A stretch of 63,168 nt of DNA, filler included, from Folioceros fuciformis (taxonomy: Eukaryota): NCBI GenBank assembly GCA_049999805.1. It is 9 parts of 9 records of this genome, joined end to end, with 100 filler letters (N's around TTAATTAATTAA, not from the genome) between each part and the next. Parts side by side here need not be neighbours in the genome. Positions count along the whole stretch, not along the records: positions 57,098 to 63,168 come from JBNGIO010002290.1; 8 more parts are not named here. The stretch is one strand, 5' to 3'. The notes under the pieces were generated by a model, which was not told the DNA's origin, did not search any database, and was given only the letters and a program-made list of their open reading frames with translations. Each line of letters begins with the position of its first letter. Position 1 is the stretch's first letter. The position numbers and the translations under genes were made by a program. Shown one piece after another: positions 61,425-63,168 of the stretch.

Positions 61425-63168
61425 CTCCTCCTTCGCACTCCAACCGCTCCAACTTAGGCCTCGAGGCGATTCTTCGAGCGCTGCAACGACACAACAGAAT
61501 GACGGTTTCAACCCACTGGCAACCTCCGACTCACTAAACAGGCAACAAACCGACAGATCTGTCGGTACGCAATTCCCAATCAAAGGCAACAAGCACGGCA
61601 TAAGACGGAACGGCGGGCGAGGAACCGGCACCCTGCATAGCGCCCGAGGACAGAGCCAAGAACGCAACAATTCCCGAACCGAAAACCAACAATACAGAAC
61701 CCCGCAGACACTTCCACCACCGACAGTACCGGAGAGGAAGAAGAGCAGGCTGATTACGAAAGCGAGGACCCTCGAGCACCCAGGCATGAACTAGAACACA
61801 AGAGGAATGCCACAAGGGACGGCGCCTAACGCTTCCGAGTAGCAGGCGGCCAAAAAGGCGTGGAAGAAACCTGAAATTGCAGGCAGGGAAATGTCATAAC
61901 CCCGGGATCTGACGCCCACGCCTCCGCCGTAGGAAGAAGACACATCACGCACAGTCCAAGACGGAGGCGTCTGAAATTTTGAGATAAGGAGCAGCGAATG
62001 CGATCCCGCAAAGAAGCTGCCGCGGTCGCATCAGCAAGGGCATGGCGTCAAGCGGCGTGAAGAATGCAGAATTGGTGTGGGTGAAGGCGCAGCTGCCCGG
62101 CACCTTCTATGGCGTTCTCGGCCGCTTCCATGGCTGCGTCTCGGTCAGCCTGATGAAGAAGGAGAACGAGGCAGGCGCGAGGCCAGTGGGTAGGGGAGGC
62201 GGGCCACTGTTCCTGCCCGTTAACTTCACCCTTGGCCCGGGTCAGGTTACGTATGTCGGATCGTGAAGCACGAGTCAGAGTAGAAGAGGCGGCACACGTG
62301 GTCCGGCAAAAGGGCCCTTGTGTTTGGGGCAAGAAGCAGGGGGGGGGACGACGGGCCCCAGTCGTGACCGCGACGGCAGCCGGTCGTGAGTGGTAACCGA
62401 CCGTGAGAAAAATTACGCCTGGTCGACGTGCATCCAACTTGGGGACGTGTAGAAAGGTATGTGAGGAGCAGCCACGGAGCGGATCGAAAGTGGGGCGAGC
62501 GAAACATTCTCCGCAAAACCCGACGCGACAGTGCCGGGGACATCGGGCGACTTGCCCGTCGATGCCTTCCGTGTAGGCGGGTATGACCCTAGGTAAAAGA
62601 GTTCATGGTAATCGTGTCCGTCATGAAGCCTGCTTGGGCGCAACGGCAAGATGCTACGCTCGGTTACGCTGTTGGCTGTTGCTCGCGGAGCGTCAGGAGA
62701 CGACCGGTTCCCGGCAGGTTCGTTACGCAAAGGCGGCTGGAGCCGGAGCATGGACTGGCGTGCATCATTCGCTCACGTCTCAGACCCCGTCTCGTGGCTC
62801 GTCTCGTCCGGCGAGTTGCGGCTCATTTGACACCGGCGTCCTTCGCAGGTGCGTCTCCGCATGCCGGTAAGGAACTCGTGCGCTTCGGGGACGGGATGGG
62901 ATGGCTCACAATCATGTCTTCGTCCCTTACCGATGCACGCATTCGCAAGGGCAAGGGCAAGGGGCAAGGCAGCGGGAAGGACGGCGCCCGCCTCGGCCAG
63001 CAGGTGCCAGGGTACAACGGGCAAGTGCCAAGAAAAATAGAAAGGAGCGGAACGGAAAACGGGGAACGGGAGCGGGAAGGAAGCTCTGACAACGGAGCCG
63101 GAGCTCAATGTGCGCCACGTCTCGCAGGCAGGGCTGGCGTCTCACCTGCGGCAAGTGCTGATCTCATG

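Noticed and set aside
61425-61787. 121-aa hydrophobic N-terminal extension of the DUF1645-like ORF
   Set aside because: Composition is Cys/Leu/Val-rich and UTR-like, and family motifs begin only after Met 61424. It is probably not translated, though this is unproven.

Overview
Eukaryotic nuclear DNA from a land plant. Short GT-AG introns and the gene set suggest a non-seed plant, which is an inference. The window is nine contigs joined by eight artificial 100-nt N44-TTAATTAATTAA-N44 linkers, so adjacency across linkers is unproven. Contig 1 (1-31852) is gene dense. It holds the 5' part of an HSPA12-type atypical Hsp70, a divergent E(z)/CLF-like H3K27 methyltransferase, a stearoyl-ACP desaturase, NUP107, RPL27, a repeat-rich interval, and a divergent AUX1/LAX-like permease. 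The permease's 2.6-kb intron hides a complete 4-exon antisense gene (DUF7086/At1g49330-like) that the ORF track shows only in fragments. Contig 2 (31953-37898) has two more HSPA12-type Hsp70 paralogs flanking a GIL1/IRKI-family coiled-coil gene. That gene's C-terminus reads like the beta-head of the Hsp70 nucleotide-exchange factor GrpE, and it sits head-to-head with one Hsp70. This candidate atypical Hsp70 plus GrpE-like module is the most interesting observation. The remaining contigs hold a decayed L1 LINE, an orphan 30-aa-repeat ORF, Copia RT/RNaseH and LTR pieces, a mitoferrin-like last exon, hAT and TIR-element remnants, and a DUF1645-like gene. All family names come from my recall of motifs, not from database searches.
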